Source: Octopus vulgaris (lineage: Eukaryota). From it: 64,000 nucleotides of DNA. A model generated the notes under the pieces. It saw only the letters and a list, made by a program, of their open reading frames with translations. It was not told the origin of the DNA and did no database searches. Both the position numbers and the translations under genes were made by a program. Within the stretch, counting starts at the first letter, position 1. Each line of letters begins with the position of its first letter. The stretch spans positions 16,120,001 through 16,184,000 of the forward strand of contig OX597829.1 in the NCBI GenBank assembly GCA_951406725.2. Direction: 5' to 3'. Shown piece after piece: positions 51,617-64,000 of this stretch.

Positions 51617-52415
51617 ACCTAATAAACGAAGGAATGAATAAAATAAATAAGTAAATAAAAAAAATCTGGCAAAACTACTTTTGTTGGGTAGTATAAGTAC
51701 TTTCAATTATTAATCAATAACAACTGATTTGTGAACTATTGATATAACATGAATCTATGAAGAGCTGAGTGTATGAATATCTTATATTCTTGCTTCTGCT
51801 TCTGAATTGCAGAGAGAGAAAAAAAAAAAAAAAACAACAACAACAACAACATCAAAAGTATTTTCTGTTTGTCTGTCTGTCTGTGAGTCTGTTTGCCTTT
51901 TTCTTTGTTTTTGTTGCTTCGCCGCTTGTCGTTTGATCATCATCATCATCATCATCATCATCATTATCGTTCACCATTATCAATTACCATCAGCCTTCCA
52001 AGCTGGCATGGGTTGGATGGTTTGACAGTAGCTAGTGAGCCACACAGGGCCACATCGAGCTCTGATGTCAGCCTTTGGCAGGGTTTCTACACAGCTGCAC
52101 CACACACCCCCTCCTAATACCAAACCCTTTCACAGAATGTGTTGAGTGCTTTTCCTTTTGTGTTACCAGTGCTAGTGAGGTTTGCCAAGTAACTTGGAAG
52201 AGAAAAAGAGGAAGAAGGAAAAAGAGGGGAAAGTAAAAAGGGACAGACAATGGGGAAAGGAAAATGGGAAAAAGGAAAGGGAGGAAAATGGAGAAAGGAA
52301 AAGGGAAAAAATGGGGGTGGGAATGGGGAAAGGAAAATATGTGTATGTGTGTATATATATAAATATATATATTTCACACTGGCCACTTGATAGAATCTTT
52401 AAAGTAATTTTATCC

Positions 52416-52463
<48 letters not shown>

Positions 52464-52476
52464 GAATGTATCTGTA

Positions 52477-52524
<48 letters not shown>

Positions 52525-52666
52525 CATACATATATACAGAAAGAGAAAAGATGAAAAACACATAAGATTTGTTTTGCAGAATTAAGGAATATATTAAAGT
52601 CATGATAATAAAAATATACAATTTTGCACAAAATAAGATTTTGTTCTTTCAACATGTTGATGATGA

Positions 52667-52721
<55 letters not shown>

Positions 52722-53589
52722 ATGATATATATATCACTATATTACATATATATAATTATACACACACACACACACACATATACATGTATGTATGTGTTTT
52801 TGTCCCCCACCACTGCAACTGGTATTGGTGAGTAACTTAGTGGTTCAGTAAAAAGACTGATAGAATAAATGCCAGACTTTAAAAAAAAAGTACTGGAGTC
52901 TATTTGCTCAAGTAAAAGCATCAAGGTAGTACTCCAGCATGGCCACCGGTCAATAACTGAAACAACCAGACGACAAAAGATATACTCACATCTATATATG
53001 TGCGTGCGTGCATGCGCATATGTGTGCATGTGTGTGTGTGTATATATGTATATATCTATGTGTGTGTCTTTGTGTCTGTGTTTGTTTTCTGTGACTGCTT
53101 CAGCAAAAAAGACCGATAGTATAAGTACTAGGCTTTAAAAAATAAGTCCTGGGGTCGATTCATTTGACTAAAACCTTTTAAGGTGGTGCTCCAGTATGGC
53201 TGCAATCAAATGATTGAAACAAATAAAAGAATATGTATGTATATTTCTTCAAAATATTTTGTAATTTATCAATACTTAAAATAAGACATCTTTGAATTCT
53301 ACAAGCAACGTTGAATCATCTAGTTAACAACATCATATCGAATCCCTAATCCGCTTAGTCTTATAATAGTTTTTAGAAAAAAGCACAGAATGAAGAATGT
53401 ATCATCCTCCTAAGCATTCTGATGTCAATTATTTGACAAGAATGTAAATCTCCAAGAGAAAAAGAAACGAGAAGAAAAGAGCAAAAATGAAAAGAAAAAA
53501 AAAAGAGGAGGAAAAGTGAAAAGAAAAGTGATGTAAAACAAGGCATATTTATATTATAAAAATCAATTCCTATTTTTATAAATGAGCTC

Positions 53590-54290
53590 TAGCAACAGAA
53601 AACCAATGGAAAAGCAATAGAGAGCAACTTGATTTCAAAGGAAAATATTCCATTTCTATGCACACGTGTTCTGCAAAGAACGTTCTGAAAATTAAAGAAT
53701 ATTTGTATGGGAAATGTAAAATGTAAAAATGCAACTGAATATACAACTGGCAGGTTTTTATTTGGTAGTTTTTGAGGATATTTTCTTTGCTTTTTTTTTT
53801 ATATTTTTGACACCAGTTCAACCGTAAAGTTTTGTTTCAAAGAGGTTTTTTGGTAGTCTCTGTTCATTCATCCATGAAACGTGTTAGGTATACATGCTAT
53901 GAAATACACTGTAAGGCTCAGGAAAATTCAAACCTGCTCCCATCACTTCTGTGTGAATATAGGTGGAAATATCTTAAAAATATGCTGAGTGCTTTTTCGT
54001 TTGCTTATGTTTTACATGTAAAAGTAAATAAGTCGGTTGACCTTATGTTGAACAAGAGAGAAAATACCTATGATAGGTATTTTTTTTTATCTTTTATTAA
54101 TTTCATTTATCATTCATTCATCTTTCAACATGTTTGAACAACCAATCCCAGAAAAAAAAAAAGGAGTGAAGACCATGCAGAAGCTGGAATGAAAACTATG
54201 TTAAATTCTTTGATGATATCCAAACATGGAGGAGAAAAACAGATCGTGGTTGGTGGAAAGAACAAACTGAGGCCTTCATCCAGTGGTGAA
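53590..54290 (+). mobile_element. Decayed RTE-like LINE 3' end
   Basis: The end translates RPCRSWNENYVKFFDDIQTWRRKTDRGWWKEQTEAFIQW*. The 5' boundary is uncertain. Confidence 0.55.
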
Positions 54291-54313
54291 CTGAACATGA
54301 GTAAGGATTATAT

Positions 54314-54765
54314 CATCATCATCATCATTATTTAACGTCCGCTTTCCATGCTAGCATGGGTTGGACTGTTTGACTGAGGGCTGGTGAACCAGATGGCTGC
54401 ACCAGACCCCAATCTTGATCTGGCAGAGTTTCTACAGCTGGATGCCCTTCCTAACGCCAACCACACTGGGAGTGTAGCTTTTATGTGCCACTAGCATGGG
54501 GGCCAGTCAGGCGGTACTGGCAATGACCTCACTTGAATCTTTTTACACATGCCAACGGCACAAGTGCCAGTAAGGCGATGCTGGTAACGATCCTACTCGA
54601 ATGGTGCCTCCTACATGCCACCGGCATGGAAGCCAGTTAGCCACTCTGGCAACGATCACGCTCGGAGGGTACTCTTTGCACCCTACTAGCACGGGGCACA
54701 AGTGCCAGTAAGACGAAGCTGGTAACGATTACACTCGAATGGTGCCTTTTATGTGCCACTGGCAC
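54314..54765 (-). mobile_element. Family D copy with tandem internal modules
   Basis: Family core plus repeated ggcacaagtgccagtaag..gctggtaacgat..ctcgaatggtgc units. Confidence 0.8.
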
Positions 54766-55248
54766 ATATATATATATATGAACGTATGTATGTATATATA
54801 GGCACAGGCATAGCTGTGTGGTAAGAAACTTGCTTTTCAACCACATGGATCCATGTTCAGTCTCACTGTGTGGCATCTTGGTCAAGCATCTTCTACTATA
54901 CCAACAGGCTGACCAAAGCCTTGCGATGGGATTTGGTAGATGGAAACTGAAAGAAGCCTATTGTTTATAAGTGTGTGTGTGTGTGCGTTTGTCTTCCCTC
55001 ATCACCACTTGACAACCAGTGTCGGCATGTTTACACTCCCATAACTTAGCAGTTTGATAAAAGAGATCAATACAATAAATACTAAGCTTTAAAAAAAGAT
55101 AAGTCCTAGGGTCGATTTCTTTGACTAAAAACCCTTCACGGCAGTGCCCCAGCATGGCCACAGTCAAATGACTGAAACATGTAAAAGATAAAAGATATCA
55201 ACTCAGTGGACCCTCCCCCCACTTGGCTCCCTAGAAAATTATGAAGGC

Positions 55249-55475
55249 TTAACCCTTTTGTTACTGTATTTCTGCTGAGATGTTTTGTGTTTCTTTCAAT
55301 TAATTTTAAATATACCAAAGAATTTAGTAAAATAACTTAATCATTAAGCTAGTGTTAGGAACATAAATTGTGACTAAGGTTTGGTGGAAGATTTTAATTT
55401 AGAACTTATGAAAACAAGACATTTGTACTACAGAGCCAGAGCCGGTTTCAACTCAGTTCGTAATGAAAGGATTAA
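55249..55475. mobile_element. piggyBac-type MITE, copy of 7036-7263
   Basis: TTAA ends and a matching interior. Confidence 0.85.
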
Positions 55476-55775
55476 TAAGCCAGGGAGGGTACTGCTGAGA
55501 TAGTAATTGTGTATTTACAAATTTACTATCAATGAGAATTCTTTCCACCACAGTAAACTGCAATGAAATCACTTTAGAAGTTAAAATGTGTCACAAATAT
55601 ATTTGAGCTAATCTCAAAGTTTGTTTATTGGATAAATATTTACCCTGATATTTTTTTTTTTTATTATTATACTCCTTAGCAACTACAATGTTTGATTTAA
55701 TCAATTCAGATCATGTTTTTTAAATAATTTCTCACTGCAATTTACTCGGTCACAATGCTATATCATGAAAAGAAA

Positions 55776-56157
55776 TCTCTATATATAAAAACGACAAAAT
55801 GTCTGTCTGACTCTGTGTGTGTGTGTATATGTCCTTTATACAAATCCACAATTTTTCAGTTAGAGGGCTCGCACTTTCTATGGTTATTCAAAACCGTCCA
55901 AGGGTGGTCGTGCACATCTTTACATTTCCCCAGTCACCCCGCAAAGCCATTAAAGAATCAATAGAAGTGACTTTTTTGTGAATCTTTTACCCAAATCCCA
56001 ATCAAAATGCCCGAAACCTGATACGCCAATTGAATGCCAGCTAGCTGTATGTGATTGGTCGGAGATTTGGACAGTACTCGCGTGTATGTGTGCACGCATG
56101 CAGCTGTATATGCATGCACTAGCACTATGACCCGGCATTGAAGGGTCATAGTGCTAG
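55776..56157 (+). mobile_element. Complete non-autonomous Helitron, 382 bp
   Basis: A|TCTCTATATATAAAA ... hairpin-CTAG|T, inserted at AT with no TSD. A 5' partial copy lies at about 61858-61992. Confidence 0.85.
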
Positions 56158-57188
56158 TAAATAAATAAAATACTTGATTTTCTTTTAAATACCTAACAAC
56201 AACAACAACAAAAGAGAACACTCAATGCTGCACACACCTGAGCAGCACAAAGGTAGGGCAGATGATGCAGTAGAAATTACCAAATTATAATAATCCATTC
56301 TAAAGGCACAAGGCCTGAAATTTAGAGGGAGAAGATTCATCGATTATAGCAGCCCCAGTGTTTAACTGGTACTTAATTTATCACCCCCCCCCCCCCCCAA
56401 AAAAAAAAGATGAAAGGAGTCAATCTCAGCAGAATTTGAACTCAGAATTTGACATCTTTTGCAGCCACTTGATGTCAAGTATTCTCCTTAAGCACCTGAA
56501 CTGGAAGCTGTCCATTACTTTTTTTTTCCTTCCATTTTTGTCACTTTCCAGTTTTCCAATCTGTAGAGTGGAACTGGTCAAACCAATGTCTTGAACAGTT
56601 TCAGCCTTGTTTTGTGACCTATACCTTGAACATAACATACCTTTAATTACACCAAACACGCAGATATATGTGTGTGTGCATGTGTGTGTGTGTGTGTGTA
56701 TAATGTTGGCAAATGAAATAAGTATAAAAATGTACATTGTCCATTTAATTAAAAAATTCTATATGTGGCTGAAGATTGCTCAACATTTAAAAACTGATGT
56801 AATACTTACAGTGTTTAATAAAATGAAGTAGCATGAAACGATTGTACTACACTACCTTGAATATCCTTGTTGCTTATTATGATTATATATATATATATGA
56901 GTGTGGTTGTTGCCCATGCTGGCGGTATGTAAAATGCACCATTCAAGCATGGTTGATCCCAGTACCGCCTGACTGGCCGTTGTGCTGGTGGCATGAAAAA
57001 AGTACCCACTACACTCTTGGAGTGGTTATCATTAGGAAGGACATCCATCCAGCTGTAGAAACTTTGCCAGATCAGATTGGAACCTGGTGCAATCTTCTGG
57101 CTTGCCAGCCCTCAGTCAAAGTGTCCAGCCCAGCATGGCCATTGTCTAATGACCAAATCAAGTAATAAGATAGAAAAAACATATTTAA

Positions 57189-57230
<42 letters not shown>

Positions 57231-57467
57231 CTGCTTGTCTCTCTATCTACCAATCTATCATGAACATCATCATTTAGCGTTCGTTTTCCATGCTGGCATG
57301 GGTTAGACAGTTTGACTGGAATTGGTAAGCATCAAGTGTCAGTCTGATTTGCATAGTTTCTACAGCTGGATGCCATTCTTAATATCAATCACTCCAAGAT
57401 TGTAGTAGGTGCTTTTTATATGCTGGTGGCATGTAAAAAGCACTATCTATCTATCTATCTATCTATC

Positions 57468-57506
<39 letters not shown>

Positions 57507-58268
57507 GTATATATGTATGTGTGTGTGTGTATATACATATATGTATGGCTAGCTATCTATACACACACACATACACACATACATCAAGGCTGAGATATCT
57601 TCTGTAAATTTAGGAAGTGTCTGTGTTCTGTGAGACACTGAGTTTGTAGAATGAACACCAATTTGGCAAAATCTTTAGCACGGCAGACAAGATGAGCTGT
57701 GCTATTTCTTCTTACTCTTTACATTCCAAGCACTCAGACAGGTGTGGTACACTTGTCTTTATCTTGCAGACAAGGCAGTGTTCTGGGAGACACCCATTTA
57801 TATTCCCTATCCACCCACCAACACTACCCAAAAATCCATAGTAAGCACTTGATACTTGATAGTGGTGTTAGTGGGAGACATTTGTTGACATGCTGGTGAA
57901 AAGAAGGTTGTATATAAGTCTATGCATGTAAGTTTATATACATATATATTACTGTATGAGTCCCTGTGATTAGTATTTTGTGACAAGCATTTATCCCTTA
58001 TAATCCAGTGATATACAGGTGTCTCTTGACAATCACCTTATTTGTTGTTCCATCAACTGAATGTCTTATGGCTATGGAAGCAGTCATCTGGAAACACCCG
58101 GATTAGTTAAAACTTTCATCTGTCACCTCTGCTTCAAAACATGCCCATCCACAGCATGATGAATACTCATCCGAGAAGTCATGGATGGAAAGTCAGAAAT
58201 GCCATTGACAACGAGGAAATGTAAGGAGATGGCAATTATCTGTGAAAATGGAGTAATCACTGTATATA

Positions 58269-58308
<40 letters not shown>

Positions 58309-58549
58309 TTTATGTATATGTTTGTCCCCACCACAAAGTGACAACCGGTGTTGGTGTGTTAATGTTCCTGTAACCTAGCAGTTCAGCAGAAGAAACTGAT
58401 AAAATAAGTACCAAGCTTCATAAAAAATAAGTAAGTACTGAGGTCAATTCATTTGACAAATATTCTTCAAGATGGTTCCCCAGTATGGCCACAGTATAAT
58501 GAAAGAAACTAGTAAAGCATACATCCACATATACACAAATATATATATA

Positions 58550-58840
58550 TGGAGGCGCAATGGCTCGGTGGTTAGGGCAGTGGACTCACGGTCGTAGGAT
58601 CATGGTTGTGAGTGTTTATTGAGCAAAAACACCTAAAAACTCCACGAGGCTCTGACAGGGTGTGGTGGCGATCCCTGCTGTACTCTTTCGCCACAACCAT
58701 CTCTCACTCTTTCTTCTGTTGGCCTGCTCGCTTGGCCAGCGAGGTGGCGTCATTTGAAGGCTAAAACAATGCGAAGCGCATTGTGACCAGCAATGTGTAA
58801 CAACATCTGATAGCCTGGTCGGTCACATGATCACATGATA
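58550..58840 (+). mobile_element. SINE family C copy
   Basis: Family motifs, B-box region deleted. Confidence 0.85.
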
Positions 58841-58843
58841 TAT

Positions 58844-58893
<50 letters not shown>

Positions 58894-59826
58894 GTCACTG
58901 TAATCTTCATCATCATTTAACCTCAGCATAGGTTAAACAGTTTGACAGAGAACTGACATGCAGCAGAACTGCATCAGGATCTAATTTCATCTTTGGCATG
59001 GTGTCTAGGTGTCTATGGCTGGATTCTCTTCTTAATGCTAACTTCTTTACAGAGAGTACTGGGTGCTGTGTGTGTGTGTGTGTGTGTGCTTGCGCAAAAT
59101 AAAAGTATGACCACCAAAACAACCAGCATCAGGTTAGCTCATGCCATTTATATACTTAAACATAATGGTTGAGTTGTTACAAGTGCATAGGTCATAAGGG
59201 AAAGGAAGTAAGAAGTTGTGCAGATGGTTTCTTACAGCTGTTTCAAAAATAGATGCACATGAATGCTAGCCAACCAGGGAAATGAGGTAGAGCCTTGGTA
59301 CAGTGTTTTGATCTACTGCTAATGTGAGGTTTAGGGTGTAAGAAATGCAACTTATCCATAGCAGAAACATCACATATTCTCTTTAGACCCAAGAATTCCA
59401 ACACAATGAATAATTCCAGATCTGAAATTTTAGCAGGTGCAAACATATGGACAAGTTTCATTCAGGATTGAGTCGCTGTCTCACAGACTTTCACATAGTT
59501 TCTTTTATTTTGTCAGTTGTGATTTCTACAATCAGGAGAGAACAGGGATCTTGGTGGGTTTTTTTTGCTTCCACTTCTTTCTTCTTGTTCCATTATCTGC
59601 ATCAACCTTCTTCACATTTTCCTTCTCATGTTTTCTCATTTTCTCACTGTCCAGCATCCTAGTTTTTAATTTATATCTAATGCATAAACAGAGCCTGAAG
59701 ATTGATTGGAGATACATGGTTGTATTTTATAAATATGCCTACTTAAAGTATCATAAAAGCATGAAACTATTAGTAGCTCTTTCAGGTGTGTATTAAATAT
59801 ATATTATATATATATTAAATATATAC

Positions 59827-59898
<72 letters not shown>

Positions 59899-62223
59899 GT
59901 ATGTATGTATATATTAAATATAATATATACATATACATATATATTTATATGTACTTTATACATGTATGTGTATATATGTATGTGTTCGTATGTGTGTGTG
60001 TGTACATATGTATGTATATATTTGTGTATGTTTATATTTAAAATTAGCTCAACCAATGGTTAAATAAAACTGAAGAGGTGAGCTGATAAGATTCTTAATC
60101 AAGAATATCAGCATTTCTAGAGCTGTTATCACAATAAACCTAATCTATTTACTTTGTGGCACAGCCAACATCTCACACTCAATATGATTGCTTGTGCAAC
60201 CTGCTAGTTATAGCAACCAAATCCTCCCTCGGGTGCAGGCTTCACCGAGTGATTATGAACCTGTTTTCTTTACAATCATGAGGTTTTGTGATCAATGTTC
60301 AGAGATGTCCTAGAAAAGTGCTTTTGTAACCAAGCAACCAATAATTATATGGTCCTATATAAGGCAGGTTGATAGAATTGTTTGCATACAGAACAAAATG
60401 CTGAGCACCATTTCTTCCAGCTTTACATTCCACATTCAAATTCTATTGAGGTCAGATTTGTTTGTCAGTTGTTAGACCATAACCAGTTGAGCATGTCCCT
60501 TAGTGGCTGACAGTATGTGCATCTTTGATCACAAGCAGGAGTAGTAGGGGAGCATCATAGCCATGTGTTAAGAGAGGAATGCTTTGGAGTTTGAATAATT
60601 CACCTCAGGAAATATGGGTATTTTGTCATCATCCCTAAAACAAAACTTATTCAGGGACCTTTTGAATAAGATGGGCTACTCAACCTGAAGAAAATTCTAG
60701 CTGTGTCCCATCTGCAAGGTTACGCATTGTTTGTCTCAATATAAGATGAACATGTCACACACATCTGATTGTGATGCATGTGCCTGGTGAATCCTTATCA
60801 GACAGGTAGTCATGATGGGTTTATTGGGTTTTGTATATTTGTACCCCAGTGTCACTATGATGGCATGTGCTGCTCTCTCATTCAATAATAATAAATAATA
60901 TGATTTCAAATTTTGGCGCAAAAGTCAGCAATTTTGGGGGAGGGGGTAGATCAATTGCATTGATCTCAGTACCCGATAGGTACTTATTTTATCAACCCTG
61001 AAAGGATGACAGGCAAAATCTACCTCAGCAGTATAAAACTGTAAGAAATGCCTTTAAGTATTTTGTCTGATTTACAAATGATTCTGCCAGCTTGCCAAAG
61101 CAAAATTTCAACAATCTAAAACAGTCTTACCTAATCATTTTGTGACCTTCTCACCTTATCTCCCTATGTTTCAGGTACATGACACGCTTACTAACATTTT
61201 TTGTCAATTACGTTATTTAAATTTCAAAATTCATCACACCCTTAACTGAGGTACCATTTCACCCTAGGGTGTAATGTCACCATAGTCAGAAACTAATGGC
61301 CTGAACAATCATGCCACAGTAACTTAGCTCCTCAAATACCTATCTTTTTAATCTGATACTTAAAAGGTTATTTATTATCTGGTAAACTTAGATGAAAAGT
61401 AAACTGTGATATGTTTCTTGCTTAAGGGCAGAATCCACCAAATAAACCTTTCTCTGCCTATGTCTCCCCTCCATCTCCCATACACCTTTTGCAATCTTGC
61501 AAACTAGCCACCCATTCACCCTATCCAATTCTTGGCTCCACTTCATTTATATACACTCCTATGTAACATCAATGTACCCTCCATCACATCTTCATCAATT
61601 TCTCTCTCTCTCAATTCTCATCCACTGCAAAACATCTATTTCTGTCCCTCTATTCAAATTCTAACCCCATGTCACCAGGCACAATACTACTCACCTCAAC
61701 TCCCACCTCTCAGATGAAGGATTTTGACAAAACATGCCAAAACAGAGGCTAGAACATGGCACTGTCTTCTTCCTGGCCAGCTCCTGTCAAACCATCCAAC
61801 CCATACCAGCATGGAAGGAGGACATTAAATAATGATGATGATCCGACAATACACATATTTCTATATATATAAACGCCAAAATGTCTGTCTGAGTGTGTGT
61901 CCTTTATACAAATCCACAATTTTTCAGTTAGAGGGCTCGCACTTTCTATGGTCATTCAAAACCATCCAAGGGTGGGCGTACACATCTTTACATGGGTGTC
62001 TTCAACAATCAAATTCATTCGCAAGGCTTTTGTGGGCCCAAAGCTGCTGTAGAAGACACTTGCCCAAGGTGCCATGCAGTGGAACTGAACCCAGAACCAC
62101 GTAATTGGAAAGCAAACTCCTTATCACACAGCCTCTGCTGCACCTGTTTGTGTGTTTGTGTATGTTATGTTCATAAACTTGTGTATGTGTTTAAATATGT
62201 ATAAGTGTTTATATACGTATATG

Positions 62224-62265
<42 letters not shown>

Positions 62266-62519
62266 GACATATTCTACTTAAGTTAGTGTTGCCTTTATCT
62301 TATCAAATAGCAGTACTTCATCTGAGAGAACAAGATAATTTAATAACGAGGTCACGAAGAAATTAGTATCAACATTAATAAGAACCTCACCACCACCAAT
62401 AATCATCGTTATCATCAGTATGACCAACATTTGGGCGGTAGAACTAACATTTGTACATTTATCCTAACGAGTCTGTTTGTGATATAAAACCAACAACCCT
62501 ACAGGGACCCTTTTTGCCT

Positions 62520-62742
62520 TTAACCCTTCAGCATTTAAACTGACCATATCTGGCCTAAATATTCTATCTATTTCGTGTTCAAATTGGTCAGATCCAGCCT
62601 CTCATACCCACCCTACAATGTCAATCTAAAAATAAACAGTCACATCGTCAAAACCTACAAGATAATGCATGATTAATTCAAAACATTGCGAATAAGTAAG
62701 CATTACATTTGACAGAGTAATCTGAATGTTGTGAAGGGTTAA
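62520..62742. mobile_element. piggyBac-type MITE, copy of 37203-37426
   Basis: TTAA|cccttca ... tgaaggg|TTAA. Confidence 0.85.
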
Positions 62743-63227
62743 TAAAATCTGTTGGGTTGGCCCAAAAGACTGTTCAGCTTTTTTAAATGGCAAACTGGTA
62801 GAATCATTAGTATACTGGACAAAACATTTCATGGCATTTCACCTTCCTTCACATCCTAAGTTCAAACACAACCAAAGTCAACTTTGACTTTCATCCTTTT
62901 GAGGTCGATAAAATAAGTATCAGTTGAGCACAGGAGTCAATGTAATTGACTCGTTCCTCCCACAAAATTGCTGGCCTTGTGTCAGAATCTGAAACCATTA
63001 TTATCTTTAATTTATTATTATTAGCATGATGGACAAAATGTTTTACAGCATTTCATCTGCCTTTACATTCTTAGTTCAAATTCAATCAAAGTTGACTTTG
63101 CATTCCATCTTGCTAGGATTGATAAAATAGATACCAGTCAAATACTGTAGTCGATGTAATGAACTACCCACCTCCCCAGAAATTACAGGCCTTGTGCCAA
63201 TAACAAAAAGAATTATTATGATATTTT

Positions 63228-63527
63228 GTTTTGGGATTTGCTTTGCAAGATTCTTTATGTGAGTTCATGTGTTGAAGCATATTCTGTTGTGTCTGGGGAG
63301 AGTCATTTTCTTTTTGTAAAATTTCCACTTTTTTTTTTTATTTTTATTGTCCTAAAATTTTCGTTGTGTCTTGCAATAACAGACAAAGTCAAAATTATTG
63401 AAAAGGTTACAAGACGCAACGAAAATTTTAGGACAATAAAAATTTTTTAAAAAGTGGAAATTTTACTGGTGAGTGTGCTAAATTAAAAGGCACAAAAAGA
63501 AAATGACTCTCCACAGACACAACAGAA
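63228..63527. repeat. Palindromic dispersed repeat, same family as 11609-11860
   Basis: Long inverted arms tctgttgtgtctggggagagtcattttc... / ...gaaaatgactctccacagacacaacaga. Confidence 0.85.
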
Positions 63528-64000
63528 TTATTATGATGTTTTCAAATAAAATACATGATAAAAAACACACCAACTTTGATTTTCCATTCTTTATTGACAG
63601 TATAGATTGTTAGCCACTACACATTTTTTCTCTCTCCTTGTTTTTTTCTGTATCCCTTTCTGTAGAAGAGCGTAGACTCGAAACGTAAAAGACTTTTTTT
63701 TTATTCCTGAGCGTTATACTAATACATCTGTTTGTTTTGTACACCACCTGCTTTCGTCTTGTTTTTTTTCATTAACTCTCCCTATATATATATATATATA
63801 TATATATCACACGCTCACATGGTTGCACCAGTTGATCCTGTCATTTCTTATCACACACGAACCTCTCCACTGGACTTTCTATCAACCCTTTACGGATTCT
63901 CTTTCGGATATTTACCCTCCGGATGCACCTCTCCTACCTACGGATCACTGTGGACTCTACTCTAGAAAAATATATCTGGATGTCCTTCCTCTTTCTTTTC

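Noticed and set aside
57600-58230. Independent gene with a C2H2 motif (FICHLCFKTCPS)
   Set aside because: It contains stops and frameshifts and fits a decayed RTE/BovB-like terminal zinc finger. It is too degraded to delimit.

Overview
Repeat-dense, AT-rich animal genomic DNA. The SINE repertoire suggests an octopus (inference). The window lies inside one large minus-strand gene, an estrogen-related receptor (ERR/NR3B) orthologue. Three constitutive GT-AG exons were found by manual translation, and none is in the supplied ORF track: the second zinc finger (45990-46106), the CTE/hinge (17795-17914) and LBD helices 1-3 (1850-2023). The first zinc finger exon and the rest of the LBD lie outside the window. 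The introns (15.8 kb, 28.1 kb and more than 17.9 kb) are filled with tRNA-derived SINE families, decayed RTE, R4/Dong-like and Penelope-like retroelements, mariner/Tc1 relics, Helitrons, MITEs and microsatellites. The best novel candidate is a 57-nt in-frame cassette exon with a GC donor (9759-9815) that would add an LxxLL motif to the ERR hinge. Other candidates are minimal hammerhead-like motifs, a recurrent SINE concatemer junction and an intronic RFX X-box pair. Repeat boundaries are approximate and family names come from motif recall, not database searches.
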